From Eledone cirrhosa (Eukaryota), in contig OZ024746.1 in assembly GCA_964016885.1 (NCBI GenBank), forward strand, positions 83,390,001-83,454,000: a DNA stretch of 64,000 bases. The letters are read 5' to 3'. Shown here in pieces: positions 20,965 to 34,553 of this stretch. A program made the position numbers and the translations under genes. Below the pieces are notes generated by a model, which did no database searches, was not told where the DNA came from, and was given only the letters and a program-made list of their open reading frames with translations. Each line of letters opens with the position of its first letter. Position 1 is the first letter of the stretch.

Positions 20965-21754
20965 TCAACAAACATCCCTGCCCCAAAACATCTGGTTTTG
21001 TGCTGTATTGGAAAGAATTATTATTCATACTCAGTCTAGTCTTTCTTCTGCTCTTTTCAGTCATATTTGCCTTGAACAAACAGAGGCAACTTGGAGTAGG
21101 GAAGTCTCTTTAGTCATTTAATAGTTAACAACCTTTGTGGCATAAAGAGAATCGTTAGTTTTGCTGAGGTGATGATGATAATCTCACTATTACTACCATG
21201 ATAAAATACATCCAGTACTCTCTGTAAGGAGGTTGATGTTAGGAAGAGTATCAAGACTTAGAAATGAAATGTATTAGCAAGACAGCCTCCCAACCCATCT
21301 AAAATGGCTGTAACTCCAAATAGGAGCTGGCTAAGAGTGTCATACCTTGTCTAACCCATGGAAAACAAAGATATGATGATGATTATGTATTTGTATGTGA
21401 GTTATTGACAAATTTGAGAATGAGTATTCAATACTAAAGTAGAGTTTAAATATTAATTTATTATGGCTAAGTGGTAAGCCTTGTTAATCTGGAGTTTCAC
21501 CACTTAGCCATAATAAATGTATATATAATGAGTCAGGAGGACTCTTTAGCTTTTGATTTCCACAATAAATGCACCTTGTACATTCTGTAAAGTAGTTAGT
21601 GATAGGAATGGCATCCAGCTGTAGAAAGCCTGCCAAACAAAAGGTTGAGAGCACTCCTTAGCTGTGTCAAAGACATGACAACTGAGCTCACACGTTCCAG
21701 TTTGGCATGGTTTCTAGAGCCAGAAGTACTAACTCATGTCAAACACTTTATAGT

Positions 21755-21905
21755 GTGGCACAGCACTACCACTTTACAGTGTGGTCGAGGTGCATTTTTA
21801 TCGTGACAACAGTACTACGACTTTACAACATGGATTAGGTGCATTTCATCGTGGCACCAGCACAACCACTTTACAGCATGGATTAGGTACATTTTATCAT
21901 GACAC
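21755..21905. repeat. ~41 bp tandem repeat derived from SINE/LINE 3' UTR
   Basis: Three to four copies of accactttacagcatggattaggtgcatttcatcgtggcaccagc. A similar array lies at ~47125-47300. Confidence 0.7.
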
Positions 21906-22332
21906 CCTTATATGTATATGATGGCATGCTGCAGTTTCTGTCTAGCAAATTTCTAACAAGATGTCAACCCAAGGCTATCGAACTGAAACCATGTGTTTGC
22001 AAATCAAATATTTTTTATCATACAACCATGCCTTCACTCATATTATATGCTTGTGATATTTTTCTTCTCTCTCTGACAAGTATTGTATTTATTTTTTAAC
22101 CATGGCAACAACTCCATGTAAGTGGTTGAATGAATGTTTTAACTTTTTTCTTTCTTTCTATTTTTTTCCAATACAGATATTCTTTACTTTCTTCATATTT
22201 AAGATTGTGGCTGATAGTTTGAGAGTGTCTCATATTTGCAAGACTGTTAACGATACAATATTACAAGCATAAATGAATTGTGATTTATCTGCACATAAAA
22301 AAATGGAAATGTCTTCCTACCTATATTTTATA

Positions 22333-22365
22333 CTAGCTGAAGTACCCGGCTTCGCACAGGAGAAC
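22333..22365 (-). mobile_element. Helitron 3' terminus remnant
   Basis: a|ctagctgaagtacccggcttcgcacagg gives hairpin + CTAG|T on the minus strand, the same architecture as at 29130. The 5' end is not resolved. Confidence 0.55.
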
Positions 22366-22642
22366 AGATGGAGCAGGAGCCTGCCTCTTGCTTATATAAT
22401 TTTTTGCACTCTACTCAACCCTCAGACAAGTCGATTTACTTGCAACTCACAATCCCACACACTTCCAAATGCATTTTATGATGAGACCAGTACTAGGGAG
22501 GTTGTCATAACTTTGACACAGTTGCAGAGTCCTCCTGACTAAAGCCTAATGTTTTCCTACTAGATGAAAGGACAATTAACTTTTACAATTTAATGATATC
22601 ATTAATGTTTATTATACTCTAAGCAGAGACATGACTGTGTGG

Positions 22643-22843
22643 TTAACCCTTTAGTATTTATTATTATATTTTCATGGTAAAGGCTTTATCTCACATAATC
22701 TCAAGTCTACGAGATTTTGATGATGTTATTGTTTATTTTAAGAATGATATCTTAACGTCCGTATGAGCTGCTGGTTACTGCTGATTTCAAAAAAGGGAAA
22801 TAATTCTGGCTGGGTACAGCTGGTTTAAATGCTAAAGAATTAA
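22643..22843 (-). mobile_element. piggyBac-type MITE
   Basis: Bounded by TTAA; reverse orientation of the family consensus. Confidence 0.8.
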
Positions 22844-24138
22844 GGTATACACTTTACAACTATGTGGTTTCGGGTTTAACCACTTAGCATGGCACCTTGA
22901 GTGAGTCTTTCATATCATAACCTTGCATTGACCAATGATTTTGTGAGTGAAACTTGAGAAAATTATGCAGTCCATCATATGTATATATATATGTGTGGCT
23001 GTGTTTACATTAATGCTTATTTGTTTATATTCTGTAACAGCGGTTTGTCAAATAGAGGTTGATAAAATATGTACTGGGGTTGGTATGATCAGATAAATCG
23101 CCTGAAGGTTGTACCCCAGCATGGCCACAGCCTACTGACTGAAACCAGTAAAAGAATAAAAGGGTTGCTCACAGACAATATATCTATTAGATATATTGGC
23201 TAACTTTAGCATATTTAATTATGCATTTGATTTTTACTACTTTCAGATATCCAGCCATAATATACTCGATTGTTTCACCATATTGCTCTCAAAGCCCGTG
23301 TGTCAAGTTATTGTTACACTTAATGATCTATTTTTTTATTCTTCATCATGTTTTGTGGGTTTTTATTATTATTATTATTATTATCATCATCATCATCATC
23401 ACATCTACCATTAACAGTAAATTTCACCATAAAATGTTATGGTGGTCACCATATTTATTTACTTTTAAATACCCCCTTGGTGATTATTCTTTTTGTCTTT
23501 AATTTGCGTGCATCTTCTAATTAGTAAATCATCATGGGTGTATCGTTTTCTTTTGTTTCTTTTAATTACCTCCAACATTTTGATATATGTTCATTGTAAG
23601 CATGATACTATGGTACTCAAGGCATTATCATTGTAGTTGTTATGCTGATATATAACATTTAACTGTGCATTCTTTGAACTAATGTTGATTAGTCTTTCTT
23701 TCACTACTGGAGATGGATTTTTCAGTCAATTTATATAATGTTCCAGAGTCTGAAGCCATATAAGTCAGTTAGTTGTAGTCTAAGATTGGTGATTGATAGA
23801 TATTTTACTGCACTTTCTCCATTTTGTACTGTTGCCATTCTCTTCAGTGTTAAGCTATTGTCTTGAGATCTCAAGTTTCTTACATAATTTAACATGGTCA
23901 GAAGTTCAAATTGTACTACAACCATTGTATTGTGCATCTAAACAAAGCATGCAATTCTGCTTGCTTCAGTTTACCTGACTGACAGAAAATAAATTGTATT
24001 CCTACTCCTTAGATGAAGGTTAGATATAGGAAGAATATACAGTTGTAAAAAAGAATGATTTGGTACAAAGCCGTTCCTTTCTTTGCCAACAAAGGAGAAA
24101 CAGCACAAAAACAAATATTCAAAATGATCAAAGATCCA

Positions 24139-24543
24139 TTAACCCTTTTGATATGAAACCGCCTGAAACCAACCTCTGTTCATTTTAAAGTGTTCATGTT
24201 TATCTAAAACCTTTGTTCCAAACACTGGCTTAACTCTTTAGCATTTAAACTGGCTGTATCTGACCAGAATTCTCACCTCTTTCTGTTCAAACCAGCCGTA
24301 ACTGGCCACTCATATCAACATTAAGGTATTGTTCTCAAAATAAATAATACCAAAATCCCATAGATTCGATATTGTGTGAGGTAAAGTGTTTACCATGAAA
24401 ATACAATAGTAAATATAGAATAATGTAAATGCGAAAGGGTTAATAAGTAAGTAAGTTATATTACTAAATTCTTGCTAATTCTTGATATTTTCAAAATTAT
24501 TTGAAAAATCATAGATATAGAAATATGGTAAGAAAGAGGTTAA
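24139..24543 (+). mobile_element. Nested piggyBac-type MITEs (inner 24230-24443 within a second TTAA family)
   Basis: The outer element is ttaacccttttgata...aagaaagaggttaa, with relatives at ~387-610, ~17078-17291 and ~53620-53756. The inner element is a complete member of the 210-bp family, flanked by TTAA. Confidence 0.8.
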
Positions 24544-25145
24544 TGAAAGCAACTCTGGAATATGAACTCCAATACAATTTCATTTCTTACATATCCACCC
24601 ACACAAAAGATACAAAGTTACTCTAATTATTCTACCCCAGTTAGCTTAGAAATACATTTGCATGAAGTAAAAAGGACAAATGGATTGGATTGACTAATAA
24701 ATTTGTTAATAATAATATACTTTTAGTAATTTGAGACAAAAAACAAAACTTTTACACCCTCTGACTCACACACATTCTCTCTCTCTCTCTCTTTCTCATA
24801 TGTTTATTTATGCATCCTCCTACACAAAGAAACACTGCTTTTATGTAAATCCAAATGGTTGCAATCCCACTTAGAAGTCTATGATTGACATTTCTGCTGT
24901 GTTTGTGCCAATTGCCTGTCATCAAATTGACATCTCTTCTCATCTCAGATAAAGCTTCCTACAGCCTATGTCTAGCTAGTGCCACTGCCACCTAATTGAT
25001 TAGTTGTTCTTCTGGGATGGATAGCTGTTTCACTGATTTCCAAGTGACACTCACTCATCTCTCTATATTTCCTTTCTCTAAATATTTCAGATTTTCTTCT
25101 CTTATTTTTTTCATATTTTCTTTTCTTTGTTGTTGGTTTTAGTGA

Positions 25146-25435
25146 GGGCATATTGACTAATGGTAAGTGAGTTGAACTTACAATCATAATGTTATGGGTT
25201 CAATTCCTAGACTGGGCTGTATGTTGTGTTCTTAAGCAAAACACTTCATTACATGTTGCTCCGGTATACTCAGCTGAAAATAAGTACCAGCAGTAGCTGA
25301 GGGTTTAATCCTGCAATGGACTGGTGCCCTGTCCAGGGAGGGGAGAGGGTCTTGTGCTCTCAGTTGCTTAACGCCTTGAAAATCAGGATAATCACCGGCC
25401 TGATGAGCCTTCAGGCTTGAAGCAGGCTTTAGACT
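25146..25435 (+). mobile_element. tRNA-derived SINE with V-domain-like core
   Basis: tRNA-like head (B-box-like ggttcaattcc), then cctgcaatggactggtgccctgtccaggg...ccggcctgatgagcc, resembling the recalled V-SINE central domain. Confidence 0.55.
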
Positions 25436-25852
25436 TAGTTTTTAGTGGGTAGAGTGGCATATCAACATTAACTCTGGTGTTATTGGCAGGACCTCCAAGA
25501 GATTTTGAAAGGGCAGAATAAGACTGCTTACAAGCCACAGGGGTGGGGACTTGTGTTAGTAGACCTCATCCAATGCACTCACTGACACCTTTCCTAATAT
25601 AATTCTCAGGGAGATTTAACATGACAGTGTGTAAGAAGGCTGGCCCTTTGAATTATTAGTACAGTTCATCTGATGGGTTTCCGTAGTTTCCATATACCCA
25701 ATTTCACTCATAAAACATGAGTTAACCTAAAGCTATGGTAAATGACACTTGCCCAAGATTGCACGCTGTAGAATCAAACCTGGAACCTAATGATTGCAAA
25801 GCAAACTTCTTATTCATTTGAACATGCTACACCCACAGTATGTGGAATTTCC

Positions 25853-26065
25853 TTAATCCTTTAGCATTTAAACCGGCTGTATCCGGCCAGAACTCTCTCA
25901 CCTCTTTCCGTTCAAACCAGCCATAACTGGTCACTCATACTAATGTTAAAGTATTGTTCTTAAAATAAATATCAAAATCTCATAGATTCGATATTATGTG
26001 AGATAAAGCCTTTACCACAAAAATACAATAGTATATATAGAGTAATGTAAATGCTAAAGGGTTAA
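25853..26065 (+). mobile_element. piggyBac-type MITE
   Basis: Complete copy with TTAA at both ends and short TIRs cctttagcattta. Confidence 0.88.
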
Positions 26066-27455
26066 ATAATAATAATAATAATATTGATTTGCTGTATTCT
26101 TGAAACCCTACTATGCACTGCTCCTTCTGTATCTACTACAAACATAAATATAAAGGTGCCACTCCATTGCTACATTAAAGAATGGTGTTGAGATTTGGCT
26201 GCTATTTCTAACAGCACATGGTAACTACATGACCTTGCTCCCTAGTTGAGTCACATGTTTCTAGTAGCTTCAGGCTGCCTCTCAATATCTCCTATTCATA
26301 GCAATTAGTTCTTTCATCTATCAAACAAACTCCGATTTTGAAAGCTGGAGGAAGTTGTCCATCATATATACCAGCGATTATACTTAACACCACACGTGAT
26401 GCAATATTGAAACAGCTGAAAGTGGTCAGCTTAACAGATTTCTTTTTTTATATTTGAAGCCTAACAAAGTTTCATGTGGGTTATTTATGTATTGTATTAC
26501 ATAAAACATCACATACACAGCAATAGAGATTGGTGCTTTTCTCTATTGTTGCGTGTATATCAGATGTCAAAGTACAACGGCAAGAAGCTGTGTTAGAACA
26601 GACCCATCCAACTTGTGCCCATTTGAAGAAAAAAAACAAAATGGACATATAACAATGATGATGATCATATTTATATTCTTGATACAAAGAGTATCTTTAC
26701 ATAATTTCTTTGGATCAAACCATTTAGTTACAATTCTTTGCAATTTTGGCTATAATCTGTAACAAAAGTTTGTATGATGGTTTATTAAATCAAAAACATA
26801 CAAAAGTCAAAAGAAATATTCTAGAACATTCAGTATTAGTCACCAATGATTATTATTATTATTATCATCATTATTAAATGTGTTTAAATCATCATCATTT
26901 CTGATTATTATTTAACATTTGATTTATGGTTTCACATTCAACATTTTCAAGAGAAAAATATGACTGTCACTCAAACAACATGCATGGCCTGCCATTGTAT
27001 TTGGATACTCATAAGCTAATTTAAATGCATTTATAATAAAAAAGATATTTGGATGAAATACAATGCTGGAAATTGATTTTACAATATTTATTTTTACTAT
27101 GGAATATTTATATATATATATTTAGTTTAATCAACTTTCCAACAGTTGTATGTTTGTAACCTCAATCTGGCCTGTAGTGTGTAAGAGTTATTAGTTGAAA
27201 GTAAAAGCAGTGGATTAACAAAATCATTTAGAGAGTCAGACGAAATACTTTGCAACATTTGTCCTGGTCCTTTGCATCATGAGTTCAAATCCTACCAATG
27301 TCAACTTTGTCTTTCATCCTTCCATGGTTGGTAACATAAAGATAAAGAACCAGTCAAATACTGGGGTTGATATAATCAACTTTCCCCTTTCCAGTAAATT
27401 GCTGGCCTTATGCCTAATTCAGAAACTGTTAAATGATGATATTATTTGAAAGTGG

Positions 27456-27640
27456 GCGGTGGATTGGCAGTATCGGTAGAGGGTCGGACGCCATGCTTTG
27501 ATGCATAGAGTTACGGCCCTTGCCATTCTGAGTTCAAATCCCGCCGAGGTTAACTTTGCCTTTCATCCTTACGGGGTTGATAAAATAAAGTACCAGTAAT
27601 ACACTGGGTAATTGCTGGCCTTGTGCCAAAAGTAGAAACA
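27456..27640 (+). mobile_element. SINE family B (Nin-domain-like) with 15-bp TSD
   Basis: Flanked by the direct repeat attatttgaaagtgg (27441-27455 and 27641-27655). Has B-box-like gagttcaaatcc and core gcctttcatccttacggggttgataaaataaagtacc. Confidence 0.9.
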
Positions 27641-29129
27641 ATTATTTGAAAGTGGTTTTGTGTTGGTTTTATTATCAGTTGATGATACAAGGGGTGGTGG
27701 ATTGGCAAGAATCAGCAGAGGGTTTTGTTTAAGTGTTTATTCATGTACTTCTGAATGAGGTTTAAAATTGTTGTTTAACACTAGGTGAGGTTTGATTGAA
27801 TAGACCTGTAATAAGTCGTCACATCCCATTTTTTAGGGATACGTAAGACTACATAATCTAATGTGTTCTTTCCTTTTCCAAGTCAGCAATGTGTGGGGCT
27901 GTTTTTAGCAAGTCTAGTGATCCTGTGTGGGTACAAATTTGATATGTGTAGCAAGATTTTTTTTTTTTCTGGCATTGAAAAAGACAACACCTAAAGATTT
28001 ATCTTTTTTTTATATTCTCATTTAACTATATATATATGTGTGTATGTGTGTGTGTGTGTATATATAATATATGTGTGTGTGTATATATTTAAGTCAGTAC
28101 TTAACCAAATGTATTACCATTCAGATGGGCCAAGAGCCTCATTTCTCTTACTTACATTACTGATATGAAAATAGTAAAATAAACATTTATTCATTGTATA
28201 TAGTAGGGAGTGACCGTCCTTCTGTTTCCCTCAACAATCTCCTGGGCCATCTAAAAATGTTGTAGGAGCTGTCCAGCCCTTCTTCCCTGACTAAACCAAC
28301 GAATATAAATAAGAAAAGAAAACAAACTTATTTGAAACACAAACAAAATGGCTATCAAATTAACTCTGTGTCAGTAAGCCTGCTTTTAATATCAGCGAGG
28401 GTTTCTATGTCTGTGTGCATGCTTGCATGTGTGTCTGCACTCCTTGATATGAGTCAAACCCTGAGCTATTTGACAATTGATACTGCTATTAGCTGTGGAT
28501 TGTGTTTCTGTGTGTGATGAGTTAAGATTGTCTCTGTGTGTGTATGTATAGGTTGCGGTTGTGTGTGTGTGTGATAAGTTGACATCTGTGTCTAAGTATC
28601 ATAGGTTGCGATAGTATGTGTATATGATAGGTTCAGATAGTATGTATGTGTGATGGGTTGAGATTATGTGTGTATGTGTATATAGCATAAGTTGGTAGCA
28701 AAGTTAAATCTGTCTATAATGTGTGTGTGTGTGCGAGAATGTGTGATGGGCTGGTTGAAGACTGATAATGTGACTAAGTGAATGTGTGTGTATATATATG
28801 TGTGTGTAATATTTAATGCTGAACACCATTTCCATAATGGATAGTGTTGTTGTTGTAATTCTTCTGCCAATATTAATGTCAAGCTTATAGATTTTGTTAT
28901 TAGTCCTTTACTTTAGACCAGGTTATCTGGCAATTTATTTTACTGAGTAATAAAACCCTTCTGTGTGTGTGTTGGTTACTTCATTCCTGGCAAATATCTA
29001 AAGGAAATGTTTTGCTTTTGTTTGCTTTGAAAATGACAATATAAATTATAACAGGAAGTAGAGAAAGGGGCAAAAATTATATTTTTCCAACAATTTCTTT
29101 TATTATGTTGTAGGCTTTTATTATACTAA

Positions 29130-29731
29130 CTAGCTGACGTACCCAGCTTTGCCTGGGTAAACAGTTGATAAGAGAAGACATGTGGAACGCTGCACGCACG
29201 CAATCATAAACACACGCACACATGTTAATAGTTATTGCTTTCCTTCCCCTCTTATTTCCACACACATCACACACACACACGTCTCTACACTGACACATAT
29301 ACATAGCGTATAAAAAATGACACAATAATAAATATAAAAGATGTCCGTCAATGTAAAGAAAGGTTCCTATTTACTCCCTTCACAACTCTGTGTATGTTAG
29401 ACTGACAGACAGATAAACTGCGTGGCGATTGTGGAACGCCACACATACACGCATGGAAACGCGCACACACTCACACATGTTGATATTTTTTACTTTCTGT
29501 GGAACGCTGCACGCACACACATAAACATACGCGCATGTACATACACACGCACACATGTTAATAGTTATTGAACACAGCGTTCACACTCTCCATTCTCACT
29601 CCCTCATTGGCATTATGCATATTAATTTCAGTTTGGCGTCGTTGAGGTGGGCAGAGTTGTTTGAAACCTATGAACCAATGATAATCGAGAATTATGACAC
29701 ACGGAATACTGACGTTTTTGAAATTAATAGA
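29130..29731 (-). mobile_element. Non-autonomous Helitron
   Basis: The minus strand begins A|TCTATTAAT and ends with hairpin acccag-gcaaag-ctgggt, then CTAG|T. There is no TSD. Internal repeats of tgtggaacgctgcacgcac are present. Confidence 0.8.
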
Positions 29732-29797
29732 TATCATCATCATCATATTAAGCTATTTTCTACACAGCTTTGTATTTTCAATAAGTTATCATTATTA

Positions 29798-30704
29798 TTG
29801 GCAGTATCGGTAGAGGGTAGGACGCCATGCTTTGCAGCATAGAGTTACGGCCCTTGCATTCTGAGTTCAAATCCTGCCGAGGTTAACTTTGCCTTTCATC
29901 CTTACAGGGTCGATAAAATAAAGTACCAGTAATACACTGGGTAATTTGCTGGCCTTGTGCCTAAAGTAGAAACAATTATTATTATTACATGTTGGCCCTT
30001 GTGGCTAATAAATGAAATCATTAGTATCGGTGGATTGGCAGTATCGGTAGAGAGTCGGACGCCATGCTTTGCAGTACAGTTACGTCCCTTTACGATCTGA
30101 GTTCAAATCCTGCCGAGGTTAACTTTGCCTTTCATCCTTACGGGGTCGATAAAATAAAGTACCAGTAATGCACTGGGTAATTGCTGGTCTTGTGCCTAAA
30201 GTAGAGACAATTATTATTATTGCCAGTGCGTGTGTTGACATACTTACAGATGTGTGTTTGTGTGTTGTATTTTCCATGTTATTATCATTGGATTGGCAGT
30301 GTTAGTAGAGAGTCGGACGCCATGCTTTGCAGCACAGTTACGTCCCTTTACGGACTGAGTTCAAATCCCTCTAAGGTTAACTTTGCCTTTCATCCTTACG
30401 AGGTTGATAAAATAAAGTACCAGTAACGTACTGGGGTAATTGCTGGCTTTGTGCCAAAAGTAGAAACAATTATTACCAGTGTGTATGTGTATGATCTGTA
30501 TAAATAATTGTATGTATATATGTGTCTCCATGCTGTTATAGATATAAATATGTCTACAAGTCTATGCATGTATACACACAGACACATACTGGTAATAATA
30601 ATATTAATGATAATAATTGTTTGTACTTTTGGCACAAGGCCAGCGATTACCCCAGTGCATTACTGGTGCTTTATTTTATCAACCCCGTAAGGATGAAAGG
30701 CAAA
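29798..30704. mobile_element. Cluster of four family-B SINEs (three direct: ~29798, ~30030, ~30288; one inverted partial ~30615-30704)
   Basis: Repeated gattggcagtatcggtagag...gtagaaacaattatt units. Confidence 0.9.
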
Positions 30705-31303
30705 TAGAAAATCCAACACAAATAAACATCAATGAGTGTGGGTGTATAAATGATTGTATGTGTATATATACTGTTATAGATATATAAATATGTTTACAAA
30801 TATATGCGTGCATACACACGCGTTGGTAATAATAATATTAATAATAATAATGATAACTTATTGAAAATACAACACATAAACACACATCTGTGAATGTGTG
30901 TGGTCTAAGATATGGTGTAGCTAAATGATTTGCCATAGCTAAATAAAGAGACATCTATAAGTGAGCCAGATGATGTCCTTGGTCACAACATGGTTTCTAT
31001 AGTCACATTAGTTGCAGCTATGAACTCATTTCTTGTTGTGTATGTGTGTATATATAAATAGCATAGCATCGATATAAAGATATAAACAGTCTCTTGTATC
31101 CATAAAGAGAGAAAGAGGGGTCAGTGGAGAGAGAGATAATTGAGATTTACAAAAGAGACAGATAAATTGATGGGGTAAAGCTAAATAAGGAAATAAATAA
31201 ACTACTATAGTAGAGATATAATTACTAATTAAATGTGTGTATCATCATCGTTTAATGTCCACTTTCCATTAGCAAGGGTTGCATATATATATATGTGTGT
31301 GTA

Positions 31304-31368
<65 letters not shown>

Positions 31369-31706
31369 GTTAGGACCCCGGCGGCTGAGCTCCGGCCGTT
31401 TCGACAGTTAAATCCGAACTAGGCCAGCGGATCCAGCTGTCGAAATGGCTGGAGCTCAGCCGTCTGGGTTCTGACTCTTTTTATATTACCCACTCTACTA
31501 CCCTAAGTATCGAGTACTCTGGTGTGTTATGGTCCACTTGGCATCTTACCACACCTTCTTTGTTATATATATATATATATATATATTCTTTTTCGACAAA
31601 CTTCCGAAGTTCCTATACTGATTTTTTAACAAAATATGTAAGTCTATCTTTATATGTATATAAATACATACACATACATAGTGGTGTTCCATATGTAATG
31701 TGATAT

Positions 31707-31904
31707 TTAACCCTTTAGCATATACATTACTCTATACATATTCTATTTTCATGGTGAAAGCTTTATCTCATATTGAATCTATATGATTTTGATATCATTT
31801 ATTTTGAGAACAATACTTTAACATCAGTATGAATGGCCAGTCACAGCCGGTTTGAAGAGAAAAAGGTGAGAGGATTCTGGCCGGTTTAAATGCTAAAGGG
31901 TTAA
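31707..31904 (-). mobile_element. piggyBac-type MITE
   Basis: Complete copy bounded by TTAA. Confidence 0.88.
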
Positions 31905-32221
31905 ACCTGTTCTGTATTTGAAAATGTGACAGGCTTATCAGGTACATGATGTGTGTGTATGTATGTGTACACATATGTATATGTGTTACTTCTTTTATTA
32001 TTTTACTGGATTTTAGTCAATGGACTGGTCAAGCTGGATCATCACTTTCAAGAGTTTAGTCATTTGTATCATCTCCAGTAGACCCTCTTCAGTACTGACT
32101 CAGTCTGTGAAGACCCATCCAATCCATGGTAGTAAGGAAACCAGAAGTGTGCTGTTGGATCAAACACAGAACTACATGGTTATGAAGCAGATTCCTTAAC
32201 AACACAGTTGTACCTCTGTCA

Positions 32222-32492
32222 TCATCATTCATCATCATCATTTCATTTTACGTCCACTTTTTCCCTGCTTGCAAGGGTGGGACGGGAACTGATTTTGGCT
32301 TGATTTCTACAGCTGGATGCCCTTCCTAACACCAACCTCATTTACAGTTAGTGCTGGGTGCTTTTTTGCCGTGGCACCTCCACAACCACTTTGCAGTGGA
32401 ATGATAGGGACCCCAGTCCTTATCATCTCATTTCTACAGCTGAGTAAACTGGAGCAATGTGAAATAAAGTGCCTTGCTCAAGGAAACAAGGC
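32222..32492 (-). mobile_element. SINE family A
   Basis: Reverse complement of 1140-1420. Confidence 0.88.
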
Positions 32493-32547
32493 ACTCTGTG
32501 TGGTATAAAATTTAATCTAAGATGAAACCCAATTATATATATATAAT

Positions 32548-32590
<43 letters not shown>

Positions 32591-32824
32591 CAAAGAGGGG
32601 GACTCCAAATATCGAGTTCTCTGTTGAGTAACGGGCTAACTAGTTTCAAACTGAATCCATCCTCATATATACATAATCCCGTTCACAGTCGCCATTATTA
32701 TTTTTGTTTACAATGCATGGAGACGTATATCTACTGTGAATAGTTTCAACTAGATTGGACAGTATATTTATTGACAGACATTGTATTAACAAACACATTT
32801 CGCTGAAGAGCCTGCATTATTCTT

Positions 32825-33006
32825 GTGGATTGGCAGTATTGGTAGAGGGTCGGACGCCTACTTTGTAGCATAGAGTTACGGCTCTTGCCATTCTGAGTTC
32901 AAATCTCGCCAGGGTTAACTTTGCCTTTCATCCTTACGGGGTCGATAAAATAAAGTACCAGTAATGCACTGGGATAATTGCTGGCCTTGTGCCAAAAGTA
33001 GAAACA
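32825..33006 (+). mobile_element. SINE family B with TSD attattctt
   Basis: TSD at 32816-32824 and 33007-33015. Confidence 0.85.
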
Positions 33007-33570
33007 ATTATTCTTTAATGCGAGTGAAACATTATGTAAGATTTGTATAAAGACCTTGTTATAACAGCTAGCAACTCCTTCATTTATTCACTTGCTTATA
33101 CCTGCTCTGCTTGAACACTCTACTGAATATTAACTCCTCTCTAATATTTAACTCTGCTAACCCAAGCATTGAGCACACTTCGCTTCAGCCATCGGCATTT
33201 AGTAATCTGTATCACACCTCTCTGTATCTCTCTATCTCCCCTTCTCCTACGATACATATATCCTATTATATATATATAACATCATCATCATCACTAATAT
33301 AAGGTCATATTTTCCCAATGGAAATTGGATCCATCTTTGATTAAATCTTATATCACTTTATGCCATGTATTGTGTACTTTTTCTTGTTTATTGGAACCTT
33401 TGTACATTCACCTCATTCATTATGTATATGTATGTGTCTGTACAAATTAACAAGGATGGTCACAGATGGTTGAAATGCCTTTGATCATAGGTCTTTTCAT
33501 TCTCATTGTTGTCTTATAACTAAGCAACAACAATTTAACAGTTCATGTTAAATGGCTGACATTTATGTAT

Positions 33571-34058
33571 TTAACTCTTTAGCTTTTACATTACTCTATA
33601 TTTACTGTTATATTTTCACAGTAAAGGCTTTACCTCACATAATATGAAATCTATGAGATTTTGTTATTTATTTCGAGAACAATACCTTAGCATCAGTATG
33701 AGTGGCTGGTTACATCCGGTTTGAACAGAAAGAGGTGAGAGAATTCTGGCCAGATACAGCTGGTTTGATGTAAGGAAATAGTGTACAAATTCAGTGTGGT
33801 GGGTGAAATGGCTTCTTGACAAGAAATGGTTTGTGCTCTTCTCAAATAAGTGATTAAAGGGGTTTAATGTTTAACTCTTTAGCATTTCATCCAGCTGTAT
33901 CCGACCAGAATTCTCTCAATTCTTTCTGTTCAAACTGGCCACTCATACTGATGGTAAGGTATTGTTCTCAAAATAAATAACATCAAAATCTCAGATTCGA
34001 TATTATTTATCACAAAAATACAACAGTAAATATAGAGTAATATAGAAATGCTAAAGGG
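33571..34058. mobile_element. Inverted pair of piggyBac-type MITEs (33571-33768 minus; 33871-34058 plus)
   Basis: Two family members ~100 bp apart in opposite orientation. Confidence 0.82.
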
Positions 34059-34553
34059 TTGATAGTCATCATCATCATCATTTTCCTTCAGTTTTCCATC
34101 GGTTGTAATGATCTGTGATTAAATGGGTCAGAGGGACTTCATTTTTTTTGTATGTTCCATATTTGGCAGGATTTCTATGACTGGATGCCCTTTCTGACCT
34201 CAACCACTTTACAGAGTGTATTGGATGCATGCTATTGTGGCACCAACTACCACTTTATAGATTGGGTGCATTTTATCATGTTACCAACACTAGAGAGGTT
34301 GCATATGGTTGGCCAGGCAGAAGAGTTCTGTTTAGCCTATTAAATAGTGTTATATGTGAAAAATCAACAAGAAAAAACATCACAGAACAATACACTATAA
34401 TGGGGTTATATATTAGCTTAACGCTTAATATAATAGGAAAAGTGTCTTAATGTTTCAGGCACATAAAGAGAGAAGAAATAGGAAGATAGATGAAAGTAAG
34501 AAGAGGAAAGCATATGTAAGTTTAGTCAGCCATTTTGGGGAGCTGACTATATA

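Noticed and set aside
25395-25430. CTGATGAG motif as a hammerhead
   Set aside because: There is no GAAA/GUH partner in proper register, and it is part of a SINE body.
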